DNA of 40,112 nt from a virus (Duplodnaviria > Caudoviricetes). Made by a program: the position numbers and the translations under genes. The notes beneath the pieces were generated by a model. That model did not search any database. It was not told the DNA's origin and was given only the letters and a program-made list of their open reading frames with translations. Positions 18,733-27,669 of the stretch are shown here, piece by piece. Within the stretch, counting starts at the first letter, position 1. Each line of letters begins with the position of its first letter. The stretch lies in the IMG/VR virus record IMGVR_UViG_3300020314_000002, positions 1 through 40,112 of that record, one strand, 5' to 3'.

Positions 18733-19184
18733 GTTCATTTCATAAAGATTTAGAAACTGGCAACGAATTTGAAAGCAGGTTGTGTCTAATGATACAAAAA
18801 AGATACCCAACAGCTACTAGAATACCATCAGAGTTTTCTGACTATGATATTTATATTGCTGAAACTAATAAAAAGATTGAGTGCAAGTACGATAAGAAAG
18901 CAAAAGAGACTGGCAATATATTTATAGAATTAAAATCTAATGACAATCAGAGTGGTATTTTAAAGAGTAAAGCAGATTATTATTACATAGATACTGGTCT
19001 CAAACTTTATTGCATACCATTAATTAAACTATTTGAATGTGTAATTTTTGAAAACATAAGGCCTACTAAACATCTAGTTAATCAAGGTGAGTATGAAATG
19101 GAAATGACTGGGTGCATTATACCAGTAGATATATTCCAAAAGTATTGCATACAAATACAACCAACATTGATGAAGTTAAACTGA
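18729..19184 (+). CDS. PD-(D/E)XK endonuclease
   Basis: 'FHKDLETGNEFE...YDI...IECKYD...TGNIFIE...SGI..SKADYY'. Confidence 0.75.
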   Translation: MSSFHKDLETGNEFESRLCLMIQKRYPTATRIPSEFSDYDIYIAETNKKIECKYDKKAKETGNIFIELKSNDNQSGILKSKADYYYIDTGLKLYCIPLIKLFECVIFENIRPTKHLVNQGEYEMEMTGCIIPVDIFQKYCIQIQPTLMKLN

Positions 19185-19822
19185 TGGGTAAGGTTGTTGA
19201 CATATTGAGTGGTAAAGAGACATTTGATTATCACCCATTGCCAAACAAAAAATATAAAGTGATATTGGCAGACCCTAACTGGCAATTTTCTACATGGTCA
19301 TCTAAAGGCAAGGGCAGGTCTGCTGAGAAACATTATGAAACCAATACAGTTGATGAGATAGGTCATTTACAAATAGAACATCTTGCAGATAAAGATTGTG
19401 CATTGTTCATGTGGGTCACTGACCCAATACTACCAATGGCAATTAACTTAGCAGGTTGGTGGGGTTTCACTTACAAGACAGTTGCCTTTACATGGTGCAA
19501 GGTCAACAAGATTAAAGATACTTATTTTAAAGGCATGGGTTATTACACACGTTCTAACCCAGAAATGTGTTTGTTGTTTACTAAAGGTAAACCATTGGAG
19601 CGCATGGACAAGAACGTAGACCAATTAGTTGTCTCAAGAATAAGAGAACATAGTCGTAAGCCAGATGAGGTAAAAGACAGAATTCATAGACTGTTTGGTG
19701 ATGTGCCTAAGATAGAGTTGTTTGCTAGAGAACAATATGACCCAAAGAACTGGGATTATTGGGGTAACGAGATTAATAAATTTGATGATGAAGAAATGGA
19801 AGTCGAGGTTGAACTTGAGTAA
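19184..19822 (+). CDS. MT-A70-family N6-adenine methyltransferase
   Basis: 'YKVILADPNW...CALFMWVT...WGFTYKT..FTWCK...GYYTRSNPE...HSRKP...IELFARE'; start at the TGATG overlap. Confidence 0.92.
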   Translation: MGKVVDILSGKETFDYHPLPNKKYKVILADPNWQFSTWSSKGKGRSAEKHYETNTVDEIGHLQIEHLADKDCALFMWVTDPILPMAINLAGWWGFTYKTVAFTWCKVNKIKDTYFKGMGYYTRSNPEMCLLFTKGKPLERMDKNVDQLVVSRIREHSRKPDEVKDRIHRLFGDVPKIELFAREQYDPKNWDYWGNEINKFDDEEMEVEVELE

Positions 19823-19973
19823 CGCACTAAAAGTTATCATCATTGGTTTGTTGCTATGGCTATGCCTCGAGTACAGAAAGACAGAGCATAATGATTGGTG
19901 CAGTAGTGAAATCTCTATTCTGAAAGAACAAATTAGTTCGATTTATTACTTTCATGGACTGAATGATGAGTGA
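19815..19973 (+). CDS. Small membrane protein
   Basis: TTG start after GAGGT; TM 'VIIIGLLLWLCL'; start uncertain. Confidence 0.4.
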   Translation: MSNALKVIIIGLLLWLCLEYRKTEHNDWCSSEISILKEQISSIYYFHGLNDE

Positions 19974-20370
19974 TTTAGAGGACAAGTGGCTCAAGCCAGA
20001 TAAACGATTTACGAGGGTCAGTCATAGTTACCTTAAACTGCCTATGTCTTGCCAAGCCAAAGTCTTATTCTTGTTATTACTGCAATTCTATCAATTTAAT
20101 AGAGATGGAGTTCACCCAAGCCAGTCTTATCTTGCAAAGAATATGGGTCTTAAAACAAGAAAGTCAGTCAACAAGTATGCCAAAGAGTTGCAGGACTTAG
20201 GATTATTGGAGTGGGAGCAAACAAAGAAACAATCTGGCACTGCAAACCATTACTACCTCGATACTCATAATAAGGTGAGATTAAGAAACATGAGAAAGAG
20301 TGTAGCCAGTAAGCAGAGGAATAAAGCAGTGGTACTATCACTAGCTGAGATTAAGAAAGAGATGGCATAG
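19963..20370 (+). CDS. HTH replication-initiator-like protein
   Basis: 'AKVLFLLL...PSQSYLAKNMG...SVNKYAKELQDLGLL...NHY' winged HTH. Confidence 0.75.
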   Translation: MMSDLEDKWLKPDKRFTRVSHSYLKLPMSCQAKVLFLLLLQFYQFNRDGVHPSQSYLAKNMGLKTRKSVNKYAKELQDLGLLEWEQTKKQSGTANHYYLDTHNKVRLRNMRKSVASKQRNKAVVLSLAEIKKEMA

Positions 20371-20474
20371 GGCATGGGTACTACAGTACACATGGGTGGT
20401 ATACCACAGTACCCACTAATAATACTTATTAATAATACTAAAAGAGAGAATATAAATATTTTGGAGTCAATATT

Positions 20475-20708
20475 ATGGACTTGAGCAAGTTTAAAGTCAC
20501 ACCCACACCGACAAGACAGAGTAAACTAGAGAGATTACAAAAAGCTATTAGTAAATCAGCGAAGATGAAGAACCCTGCTTATTTAAATGCAATCGAGAAG
20601 AACAAAAGAAATAGCTTGTATAATCAAATGATACTCAAATTAAGTGCAGAGATAAGCGATACAAAGAGAGAGCAGATAATTGCAGAATACATACGCAATA
20701 AGGGTTAG
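20475..20708 (+). CDS. Hypothetical protein
   Basis: 77 aa, GGAG SD. Confidence 0.6.
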   Translation: MDLSKFKVTPTPTRQSKLERLQKAISKSAKMKNPAYLNAIEKNKRNSLYNQMILKLSAEISDTKREQIIAEYIRNKG

Positions 20709-20715
20709 CAGTGAT

Positions 20716-21147
20716 ATGGTTACTATTACTGAGATAATAGACCTATTCGAGACATTTTGGTTAGTCGATAGACACTTACCATCTGTAAAACCAAAAGAAC
20801 TTAAAATGGGTACAATGAAATGGGATTACAGACGTGAGTTCAGTGATATGGTGCACAGTAAGAGGTGGAAAGAGAAACCTAAGTATCGTCATATCCTTTT
20901 AAAAGAGGATATAGACGCATACAATATTTGTACTGATTTAGGCCTAGTCTTGCCATTAGAGGATAGAAAACTGCTTTATATGAGGCCACATTGCTCTTAT
21001 CGTAAACTTGCTAAGATGTATGGTGTAAGCCACGAACATATTAGGAATAAATATCTAAGTATAGTAGTTGATTTAGTTAATGCGATTAACAAACAAGCGC
21101 ATGGAAATATAAAAAAGTTTCTCGAATTACAAAAAGTCCAAAAATAG
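20716..21147 (+). CDS. Putative late transcription regulator (C-terminal sigma-region-4-like HTH)
   Basis: 'LPLEDRKLLYMR...SYRKLAKMYGVSHEHIRNKY'; occupies the position of lambda Q; start uncertain. Confidence 0.6.
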   Translation: MVTITEIIDLFETFWLVDRHLPSVKPKELKMGTMKWDYRREFSDMVHSKRWKEKPKYRHILLKEDIDAYNICTDLGLVLPLEDRKLLYMRPHCSYRKLAKMYGVSHEHIRNKYLSIVVDLVNAINKQAHGNIKKFLELQKVQK

Positions 21148-21246
21148 TTCATAGCTGAATCGATTCTGAAATTGAACCTCAGTTTTCACCACACTGCAAA
21201 TCCATCAAAAAGACGATAAGTTATTGAAAAATATATATTTTTTTAC

Positions 21247-21286
21247 TTGTCATTTATAAAAAAATTATTAATTTAGTAGCCAGTTA
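21247..21286 (+). promoter_or_regulatory. sigma70-like promoter plus GTAGCCA element
   Basis: TTGTCA-N16-TAATTT-AGTAGCCAGTTA, same layout as 12727-12766. Confidence 0.65.
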
Positions 21287-21329
21287 TGACAATGTTGTCT
21301 TAATTGAACTAAATAAAAGGAGTCCAAAA

Positions 21330-21767
21330 ATGGATATAAAAGAGAAAGCACTAAGAGAATATTTATTAGACAATGAATTAACGTCTAATGAATTAAATGA
21401 AACAGTAATTGAAGAATCTAAATTTCATAATGAAATGTATGAGGTTGATTCTCTTGATACTGAATTTTACGTTTTAACAGATGATGAGGCAGATGAAAAA
21501 GCTAAAGAATATATTTTAGATTCTGTCTGGGCATTTAATAAACACTTTTTAGAGTCTCATACTGGGGTTGATTCTGAAATCTTTGAATTATTACAAGATA
21601 AATGTGAGTCAGCTAATGAAGCTATAAGAGCAATGATAAAAGATGAAGATGAATTTGTTTCTGATGCTATTCGTTGTGATGGCAGGGGTCATTTCATCAA
21701 CTTTTATGATGGCCAAGAATATGAGGTCAATATAGATGATGAAACATTCTATATTTATAAAACATAA
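21330..21767 (+). CDS. Highly acidic hypothetical protein (DNA-mimic candidate)
   Basis: About 40 D/E vs 13 K/R in 145 aa by hand count; strong SD. Confidence 0.75.
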   Translation: MDIKEKALREYLLDNELTSNELNETVIEESKFHNEMYEVDSLDTEFYVLTDDEADEKAKEYILDSVWAFNKHFLESHTGVDSEIFELLQDKCESANEAIRAMIKDEDEFVSDAIRCDGRGHFINFYDGQEYEVNIDDETFYIYKT

Positions 21768-21795
21768 TGTTTTTAATTCTAAGAATCTTATTAAT

Positions 21796-21832
21796 AGTAG
21801 TAATAATCTTTTTTTTATTGCTACTTCTTTTT
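21796..21832 (+). terminator. Hairpin plus T-run
   Basis: AGTAGTAATAA...TTATTGCTACT followed by TCTTTTT. Confidence 0.45.
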
Positions 21833-21855
21833 AAAAAATAACAAAGGAGTCAAAA

Positions 21856-22278
21856 ATGGATAACGACAAAGCAAGAGATATTAGTATCGGTATTACTGAA
21901 GCCTTACAAAGTAAAGAATTAATACCTGCTTTCGACCCAATAACATCTTTAAACAATAACAATGCTGAAACTTATAATTTCGCTGTTCAAGATGTTATAC
22001 ATAATGAAATATGTAAGCGATTAGAAGTCAAAGAGTACTTATTAGCCAAAACAAGAGAATATTGCATACACCAATTAAGAGAAGTGCAAGTAGATGAACT
22101 TTATTTTGGTGAAAATAAAGGTTCTATCTATTGGGTTGATGGTGCTGAGTGTTGGTCTTATGTGAAAGGTAAAAAAACCGAGTGGGGAAAAGCTGAGGAT
22201 TTATTAGCTAGTGTACCTAATAAGGATTTATTGTTTTACTACAAAGATAATCAATCAGATATTAATGAATGGGAATAA
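21856..22278 (+). CDS. Hypothetical protein
   Basis: 140 aa, AAGGAGTCAAAA-ATG. Confidence 0.75.
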   Translation: MDNDKARDISIGITEALQSKELIPAFDPITSLNNNNAETYNFAVQDVIHNEICKRLEVKEYLLAKTREYCIHQLREVQVDELYFGENKGSIYWVDGAECWSYVKGKKTEWGKAEDLLASVPNKDLLFYYKDNQSDINEWE

Positions 22279-22288
22279 GGAGTCAAAA

Positions 22289-22456
22289 ATGAGAAATGAA
22301 AAATTAAAAAATTATTTAATTGATGATTTAAAAAAACTAGAACAAGATTTTCATTATATTATAAGAAATCGTCTAGATGTATGTGATGACAAAGAAGAAA
22401 TTGAATATATTGAAAATTTTTTTTCATACTGGGATACTCACATTAAAAACTTATAG
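22289..22456 (+). CDS. Hypothetical protein
   Basis: ATG at 22289 with the identical AAGGAGTCAAAA leader. Confidence 0.7.
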   Translation: MRNEKLKNYLIDDLKKLEQDFHYIIRNRLDVCDDKEEIEYIENFFSYWDTHIKNL

Positions 22457-22474
22457 AAAAAACATAAATTAAAT

Positions 22475-22512
22475 AAAAAGAGTCTATATGTTGTATATAG
22501 GCTCTTTTTTTA
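22475..22512. terminator. Intrinsic terminator (bidirectional)
   Basis: AAAAAGAGTCTATAT-GTTGT-ATATAGGCTCTTTTTTTT. Confidence 0.8.
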
Positions 22513-22611
22513 TGTCTTATATTGACAAATTAGGCATTTTTTGACTAAATTTAGATATAATTTGACCTAAATTATATTTTATCACTAAAATCAATCATTT
22601 AAAGCGAATCA

Positions 22612-23007
22612 ATGGCTAAATTTAGCAAAAAAACAGTAGACTCCATCATTTCAACTATATTACAAGGTAAGACAATCAAAACAGCATTAAAAGAATTAAA
22701 TATCAGCTTTCAAACGTGGTGTAATTGGATAGGAAAAGATGGAGAACTCTTAAATCGGTACCATCAAGCCAAAATAAGCGCACTAGATTATGAATTAAGT
22801 ACAATCAAAGAAGAATTAAATCAATTGTGCAAGGATAGCATTGACCCAAAGGGAGTCAGTATGGCCAGAGTTAATGCAATGAAACTTAAACAAGGTCAAG
22901 TTCAATACGAGTTGTCCAAGCTAATGCCTAAAACTTACGGCACAACTCAACAAATAAGCCTAAATAATGCAGATAATGAACCACTTGTTATTAGTTGGAA
23001 GTCATAA
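22612..23007 (+). CDS. terS: Terminase small subunit
   Basis: N-terminal HTH, 'YHQAK', 'LSKLMPKTYG', C-terminal beta strand; upstream of terL. Confidence 0.8.
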   Translation: MAKFSKKTVDSIISTILQGKTIKTALKELNISFQTWCNWIGKDGELLNRYHQAKISALDYELSTIKEELNQLCKDSIDPKGVSMARVNAMKLKQGQVQYELSKLMPKTYGTTQQISLNNADNEPLVISWKS

Positions 23008-23298
23008 GAGAAGTTAAACGAATCAATACTTTAATAACTAATTCACCCATTGCAGAACCTTGAAAAGTTGACCAAGACTCACGAAGAAAAATTGTATTTT
23101 TTTTTCTTTTTCACTTCAATTCAAGTAAATTTATAGACTAAGTTATTGATTTAATTAATGTTATCCTATTTTGGTTAAATAAATTCTGAGATTTAATCTC
23201 AAAAAGTGGGGGTTTTCTGCGATTTGACACCCCATTTTATTTTTGCGTCTGGCGCAGGTGCAGATGGGTAGTTCAAACACACAGTTAGAGGGTTTTAC

Positions 23299-23508
23299 AT
23301 GAAAGATTACATATTCAATGTCTTTATTGACGAGGAATCCGACCTAGTAATTATGACAGTGGGGGGTTTTGTATCAGAGGACAACAGAGAAGATTTTGCA
23401 GATAATCTTTACGATATTCTACAAAATAAAAAACTAAGTTTTCACGACCTAAACTTAGAAAGTTCTAAAATTTATAGGTCGCTACACACAAACACAACAA
23501 TACATTGA
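23299..23508 (+). CDS. Hypothetical protein
   Basis: 69 aa, GAGGG SD. Confidence 0.6.
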   Translation: MKDYIFNVFIDEESDLVIMTVGGFVSEDNREDFADNLYDILQNKKLSFHDLNLESSKIYRSLHTNTTIH

Positions 23509-23517
23509 GAGGTTAAT

Positions 23518-23631
23518 ATGTTTGATGATTTTAAATGGTGGCTCGAAGAAAAGTGGGATAACACACCAAACAAATATAAAATAGCAGGTGCAATAATAGT
23601 TGTAGCCATTATAGGGAGTATCATTCTATGA
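23518..23631 (+). CDS. Small membrane protein (37 aa, not in ORF track)
   Basis: MFDDFKWWLEEKWDNTPNKYKIAGAIIVVAIIGSIIL; GAGGT SD. Confidence 0.65.
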   Translation: MFDDFKWWLEEKWDNTPNKYKIAGAIIVVAIIGSIIL

Positions 23632-23804
23632 CAAATTTTAAAGATATGGTTAAAACTGTTTATGGTGCGATTATGTCTGCTGATGAACAAAAAAGACTTG
23701 CTGAAATGCAAAGGTTAATGAACTTGCAGATAAAAGGTACTACTGGTGTTAATATGTCTAAAAAAGAAGTAAATAGAATTAAAAGTAAAGCACCTAAATA
23801 CTAA
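23628..23804 (+). CDS. Hypothetical protein (58 aa, not in ORF track)
   Basis: ATGA overlap with the previous stop; MTNFKDMVKT...KSKAPKY. Confidence 0.6.
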   Translation: MTNFKDMVKTVYGAIMSADEQKRLAEMQRLMNLQIKGTTGVNMSKKEVNRIKSKAPKY

Positions 23805-23813
23805 ATAAACATT

Positions 23814-25112
23814 ATGCCGAATATAGTCTTGGATTATAAGCCAAGAAAGTATCAAGCTGAATTACACGAACTTATAGAAAACCATAGATTTGTAGTAGCA
23901 GTTTGTCATAGGCGATTTGGAAAAAGTCTGGCTTTAAGTATGCACCTCATTCGTGAGGCCTTGAAAACCAAAAAACCAAATTGGCGAGGATATATAATTA
24001 CACCAACTATTGGTATGGGTAAGGCAATACACTTTGACTATTGGCAACAACTGACCAAAGACATACCCAACGTCAAGTTTAATCAAACTGAACTAAGATG
24101 TGATTTTCCAAATGGAAGTCGTATGCAGATAGTGGGCAGTTTAGACCAAGATAAGATTCGAGGTCGATATATTGACTATTGCGTACTTGATGAGGTTCAA
24201 ATGATGGAAGAAGAATTATTTAACCAGATTATTAGACCTGCATTAGTTGATAGAAATGATATGAATGGTGAAAAGACCAGATGTGTCTTTGTAGGTACAC
24301 CAAAATTACAGAATTATTTATATAAAATATTTAAATATGCCGAGTCTGAGCAATCTGGTGATGACTGGGCTAATATGTTAATGCCAGTTTCATTAACTAA
24401 GGTTGTTCCTAATGAGGAACTTGAGAGCGCAAAACAACAAATGGGTCAAGACGCATACGACCAAGAGTTTGAATGTAGTTTTGAGGCTAATATTACTGGC
24501 TCATATTATGGTGGTTATGTGCAAAAGGCCTATGATGAGGGTCGTATTTGCAAACTAGAAGAAGATTTAGACTTAGAAACCGAAGTTTACATAGATTTAG
24601 GAATAAATGACGCAACATCTATTTGGTTTGTGCAAAGAAATAAGCATGAATACAGATTTATTGATTTTGTTGAATATCAAGGTGAGGGTTTGCAACATTT
24701 GGCAGACCTTTTAGATAAAAAATCGTACAATTATTCGAGAATTATTGTACCACATGACGTTAGAGTAAGAGATTTAAGTCTTGGAGTATCAAGATTTCAA
24801 ATTTTACAAGAATTAGGTCTAACGAATTTAGAAATAGCACCAAAATTACCAGTTGCAGATGGGATTGCAACAGTAAGACATAATTTTGAAAATTTTTGGT
24901 TTGATGAGGGTAGATGTGCAGAGGGCATTAACCATTTAAAATCATATTCCAAAGTTTATGACTCCAGACACCGAGTTTACCGAGATAGACCTGCCCATAA
25001 CGAGCATAGTCATTGTGCTGACGCACTAAGATATGGCATGGCATTGATGGGTACTGCAAACAGAGGTAACTGGAATGAACCATTAAAAATAGAAAGCATA
25101 GGATTAGTATGA
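23814..25112 (+). CDS. terL: Terminase large subunit
   Basis: Walker A 'HRRFGKS', Walker B 'VLDE', 'GTP', nuclease 'DLG', 'SHCADALRY'. Confidence 0.95.
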   Translation: MPNIVLDYKPRKYQAELHELIENHRFVVAVCHRRFGKSLALSMHLIREALKTKKPNWRGYIITPTIGMGKAIHFDYWQQLTKDIPNVKFNQTELRCDFPNGSRMQIVGSLDQDKIRGRYIDYCVLDEVQMMEEELFNQIIRPALVDRNDMNGEKTRCVFVGTPKLQNYLYKIFKYAESEQSGDDWANMLMPVSLTKVVPNEELESAKQQMGQDAYDQEFECSFEANITGSYYGGYVQKAYDEGRICKLEEDLDLETEVYIDLGINDATSIWFVQRNKHEYRFIDFVEYQGEGLQHLADLLDKKSYNYSRIIVPHDVRVRDLSLGVSRFQILQELGLTNLEIAPKLPVADGIATVRHNFENFWFDEGRCAEGINHLKSYSKVYDSRHRVYRDRPAHNEHSHCADALRYGMALMGTANRGNWNEPLKIESIGLV

Positions 25113-25171
25113 TTATTCAATACAACAAAAAAGGTAAAAAAGAAGAAAAAGGCAAAGGTAAAAAAAGGTAA
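25109..25171 (+). CDS. Lys-rich micro-ORF (20 aa)
   Basis: MIIQYNKKGKKEEKGKGKKR; ATGA and TAATG overlaps at the two ends. Confidence 0.5.
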   Translation: MIIQYNKKGKKEEKGKGKKR

Positions 25172-27513
25172 TGGCAAAAAAACATAAAATGATGACTGCT
25201 GACGAGGTTAAATCGTTAGTAGGCAAACATATTGCCAATGCTCAAGGATTTTACTCTGGCAACTTATCTAAGACTAGGGAAACTGCATTAGACTACTATC
25301 TTGGTAACCCAATGGGTAATGAGGTAGATGGTAGGTCTAAAGTTATATCTAGTGATGTATCTGACGCAATCGAACCATTAATGGCAAACCTAATGCGTAT
25401 CTTTACGCAATCAAACAAGCTGTTTCATTGTGAGCCAGTGGGTGTTGAAGATGTTGAGATAGCAGAGCAATCTACTGATTATATAAACCACATATTTTTT
25501 AAAAAAAATAATGGGTGGGTTTTACTGCACAACTTTTTAAAAGACGCATTGTTAGAAAAAAATGGGTTTTTAAAAGTTTATCACGAATATACCGACAAAG
25601 TAGTAAGAGAAAGCTATGAGGGTTTATCTGATGATGAATATTTAATGCTGATTGATGATAATGATGTTGAGGTCATAGAACATACTGAATATGTAGATGA
25701 GAATCCAACTGGCGATTATCAGCAAGAGCCAGTTGCACCTATGGGCATGGAAGAAACACACACAATGCCAGATGGTACAGTACACCCATTTGCAACCCAT
25801 GAAGAATATGAGGCGAACATGATGGGTATGGAACAAGAGCCTAAACCAGTTATAGATGTTCAACCAACTGCAATGTTGCATGATGTTGTTATTCATAGAA
25901 TTAACAAAAAAGGTAAAACTTGTATTGAGGGTATTCCACCTGAAGAAATGTTAATTGAAAGCAATGCAAAAAGCATTGATGACGCAAATTTTATAGCACA
26001 AAAGAAAATGATGACTCGTGGCGAGTTGATAGAGTTAGGTTTTGATAGAGAAACAGTAATGAGTTTGCCAACAGAACGAGTTGAGGACATGAACACTGAG
26101 TTTCAAACAAGGCATAGTGATATTCATAATTCTATACAAAGAGACATAACGGACTTGTCAACGCAAGATGTAGAGGTCTTTGAGTGTTATGTTAAGTGTG
26201 ATTATTCTGGCACACATAAATCTGAATTAAGAAAATTTGTGGTAGCAGGTAATAATGGTGAAACTTTGTTGTCAGATGAGCCTTATGATAGTTTTCCATT
26301 TGTAACTGCAACACCAATTATTATGCCACATAGATTGTATGGTCGTTCAATAGCAGAATTAGTGCAAGACGTACAATCAGTTAAAACGTATGTGATGAGA
26401 GCCTTAAATGACAATATTTATGGCATACAGAACAACAGACTTGCTATTGATGATAGCAGAGTGAACGTATCTGATATTTTATCAAATAGACCAAACATGA
26501 TTGTGAGAACTAAAGGCAATCCAATGGAGTCTATACAGACTATGCCAGTTCAATCAATAGGCGATACTGCATACCCATTGTTAAAATATTATGATGAGTT
26601 AAAAGAATCTAGAACTGGTGTTACAAAACTAGGTCAAGGGTTAAATGCAGACGCATTGAATAGTCAAACATCTACTGGTTTAAATCAAGTAATGACTCAA
26701 GCACAAAGCAGAGTTGAGTTTATTGCGAGAACATTTGCACATACTGGTGTTAATGATTTAGGTAAAAAGATACTAGAGTGTATTGTCAAATATCAAAATA
26801 AAGAGGACATAGTTCGTATTAGAAATAAGTTTGTACCTTACAAACCTTATGAGTGGAAAGATAGATGTGATATATCCATAACATCTGCATTAGGTACTGG
26901 TAATCAAGACCAACAGATGATTTTCTTAAATAATATTTTAGAACGTCAAGTACAAGCACTAACAACGCAAGGCAATCCGTCAGCACCATTAGTAAATCTA
27001 AAAAAGATTTACAATACATTGGAAATGATGGTTGAGAGCGCAGGATTAAAGAATGTTGATTTATTTTTCTTAGACCCAGAACAAAATCCAATACCAGAGG
27101 AAGAACCTGCTGAACCATCTGAATTTGAGAAAGTATCAATGGCGCAGATTGAGGGTGAAAATAAACGTAAACTTGCTGAACTTGAACTAAAACAAAAAGA
27201 AGTTGAGTTAAAAGCAGAAAAACAACTATTAGACTTTGAAACTAAGATACAAGAACTAGAGTTAAATTATGGTAGGCAGATAGACCAAGAGGAAATTAAA
27301 AGACAAACTAAGTTGTCAGTCGAGGCAATGAAACAAATTGGTGGGTTTGCAAAAAATAATATGCCACAACCAAATATACCACCAAACGACCCTATGAATG
27401 TACCTATGCCACCTCAAGGAATACAACCACCAGTAGAACCAAGACCAATGGATATTCCAAGTGCTGATTTTGAAAGTCCATTGCCACCTTTACCAATCGT
27501 ACCAAAAGAATAA
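25171..27513 (+). CDS. Portal protein
   Basis: 'RETALDYYLG.P.GNEVDGRSKVISSDV...DALLEKNG..KV...PHRLYGRS'; follows terL. Confidence 0.92.
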   Translation: MAKKHKMMTADEVKSLVGKHIANAQGFYSGNLSKTRETALDYYLGNPMGNEVDGRSKVISSDVSDAIEPLMANLMRIFTQSNKLFHCEPVGVEDVEIAEQSTDYINHIFFKKNNGWVLLHNFLKDALLEKNGFLKVYHEYTDKVVRESYEGLSDDEYLMLIDDNDVEVIEHTEYVDENPTGDYQQEPVAPMGMEETHTMPDGTVHPFATHEEYEANMMGMEQEPKPVIDVQPTAMLHDVVIHRINKKGKTCIEGIPPEEMLIESNAKSIDDANFIAQKKMMTRGELIELGFDRETVMSLPTERVEDMNTEFQTRHSDIHNSIQRDITDLSTQDVEVFECYVKCDYSGTHKSELRKFVVAGNNGETLLSDEPYDSFPFVTATPIIMPHRLYGRSIAELVQDVQSVKTYVMRALNDNIYGIQNNRLAIDDSRVNVSDILSNRPNMIVRTKGNPMESIQTMPVQSIGDTAYPLLKYYDELKESRTGVTKLGQGLNADALNSQTSTGLNQVMTQAQSRVEFIARTFAHTGVNDLGKKILECIVKYQNKEDIVRIRNKFVPYKPYEWKDRCDISITSALGTGNQDQQMIFLNNILERQVQALTTQGNPSAPLVNLKKIYNTLEMMVESAGLKNVDLFFLDPEQNPIPEEEPAEPSEFEKVSMAQIEGENKRKLAELELKQKEVELKAEKQLLDFETKIQELELNYGRQIDQEEIKRQTKLSVEAMKQIGGFAKNNMPQPNIPPNDPMNVPMPPQGIQPPVEPRPMDIPSADFESPLPPLPIVPKE

Positions 27514-27516
27514 ATT

Positions 27517-27666
27517 ATGGGAAAAGAACCAACTAATAAAAAACTTTACGCACAAAAAAAGGCTCAAGCTAAAAAAAAGTTTGATGTGTACCCTAGCAGA
27601 TACGCAAATATGTGGTTATCGCAGGAATACAAAAAAGCAGGTGGCAAATTTAAAAAAACTACATAA
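27517..27666 (+). CDS. Small basic protein (49 aa, not in ORF track)
   Basis: MGKEPTNKKLYAQKKAQAKKKFDVYPSRYANMWLSQEYKKAGGKFKKTT; resembles a recurrent viral 'YPSAYAN..L..EYK..GG' family. Confidence 0.75.
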   Translation: MGKEPTNKKLYAQKKAQAKKKFDVYPSRYANMWLSQEYKKAGGKFKKTT

Positions 27667-27669
27667 TTT

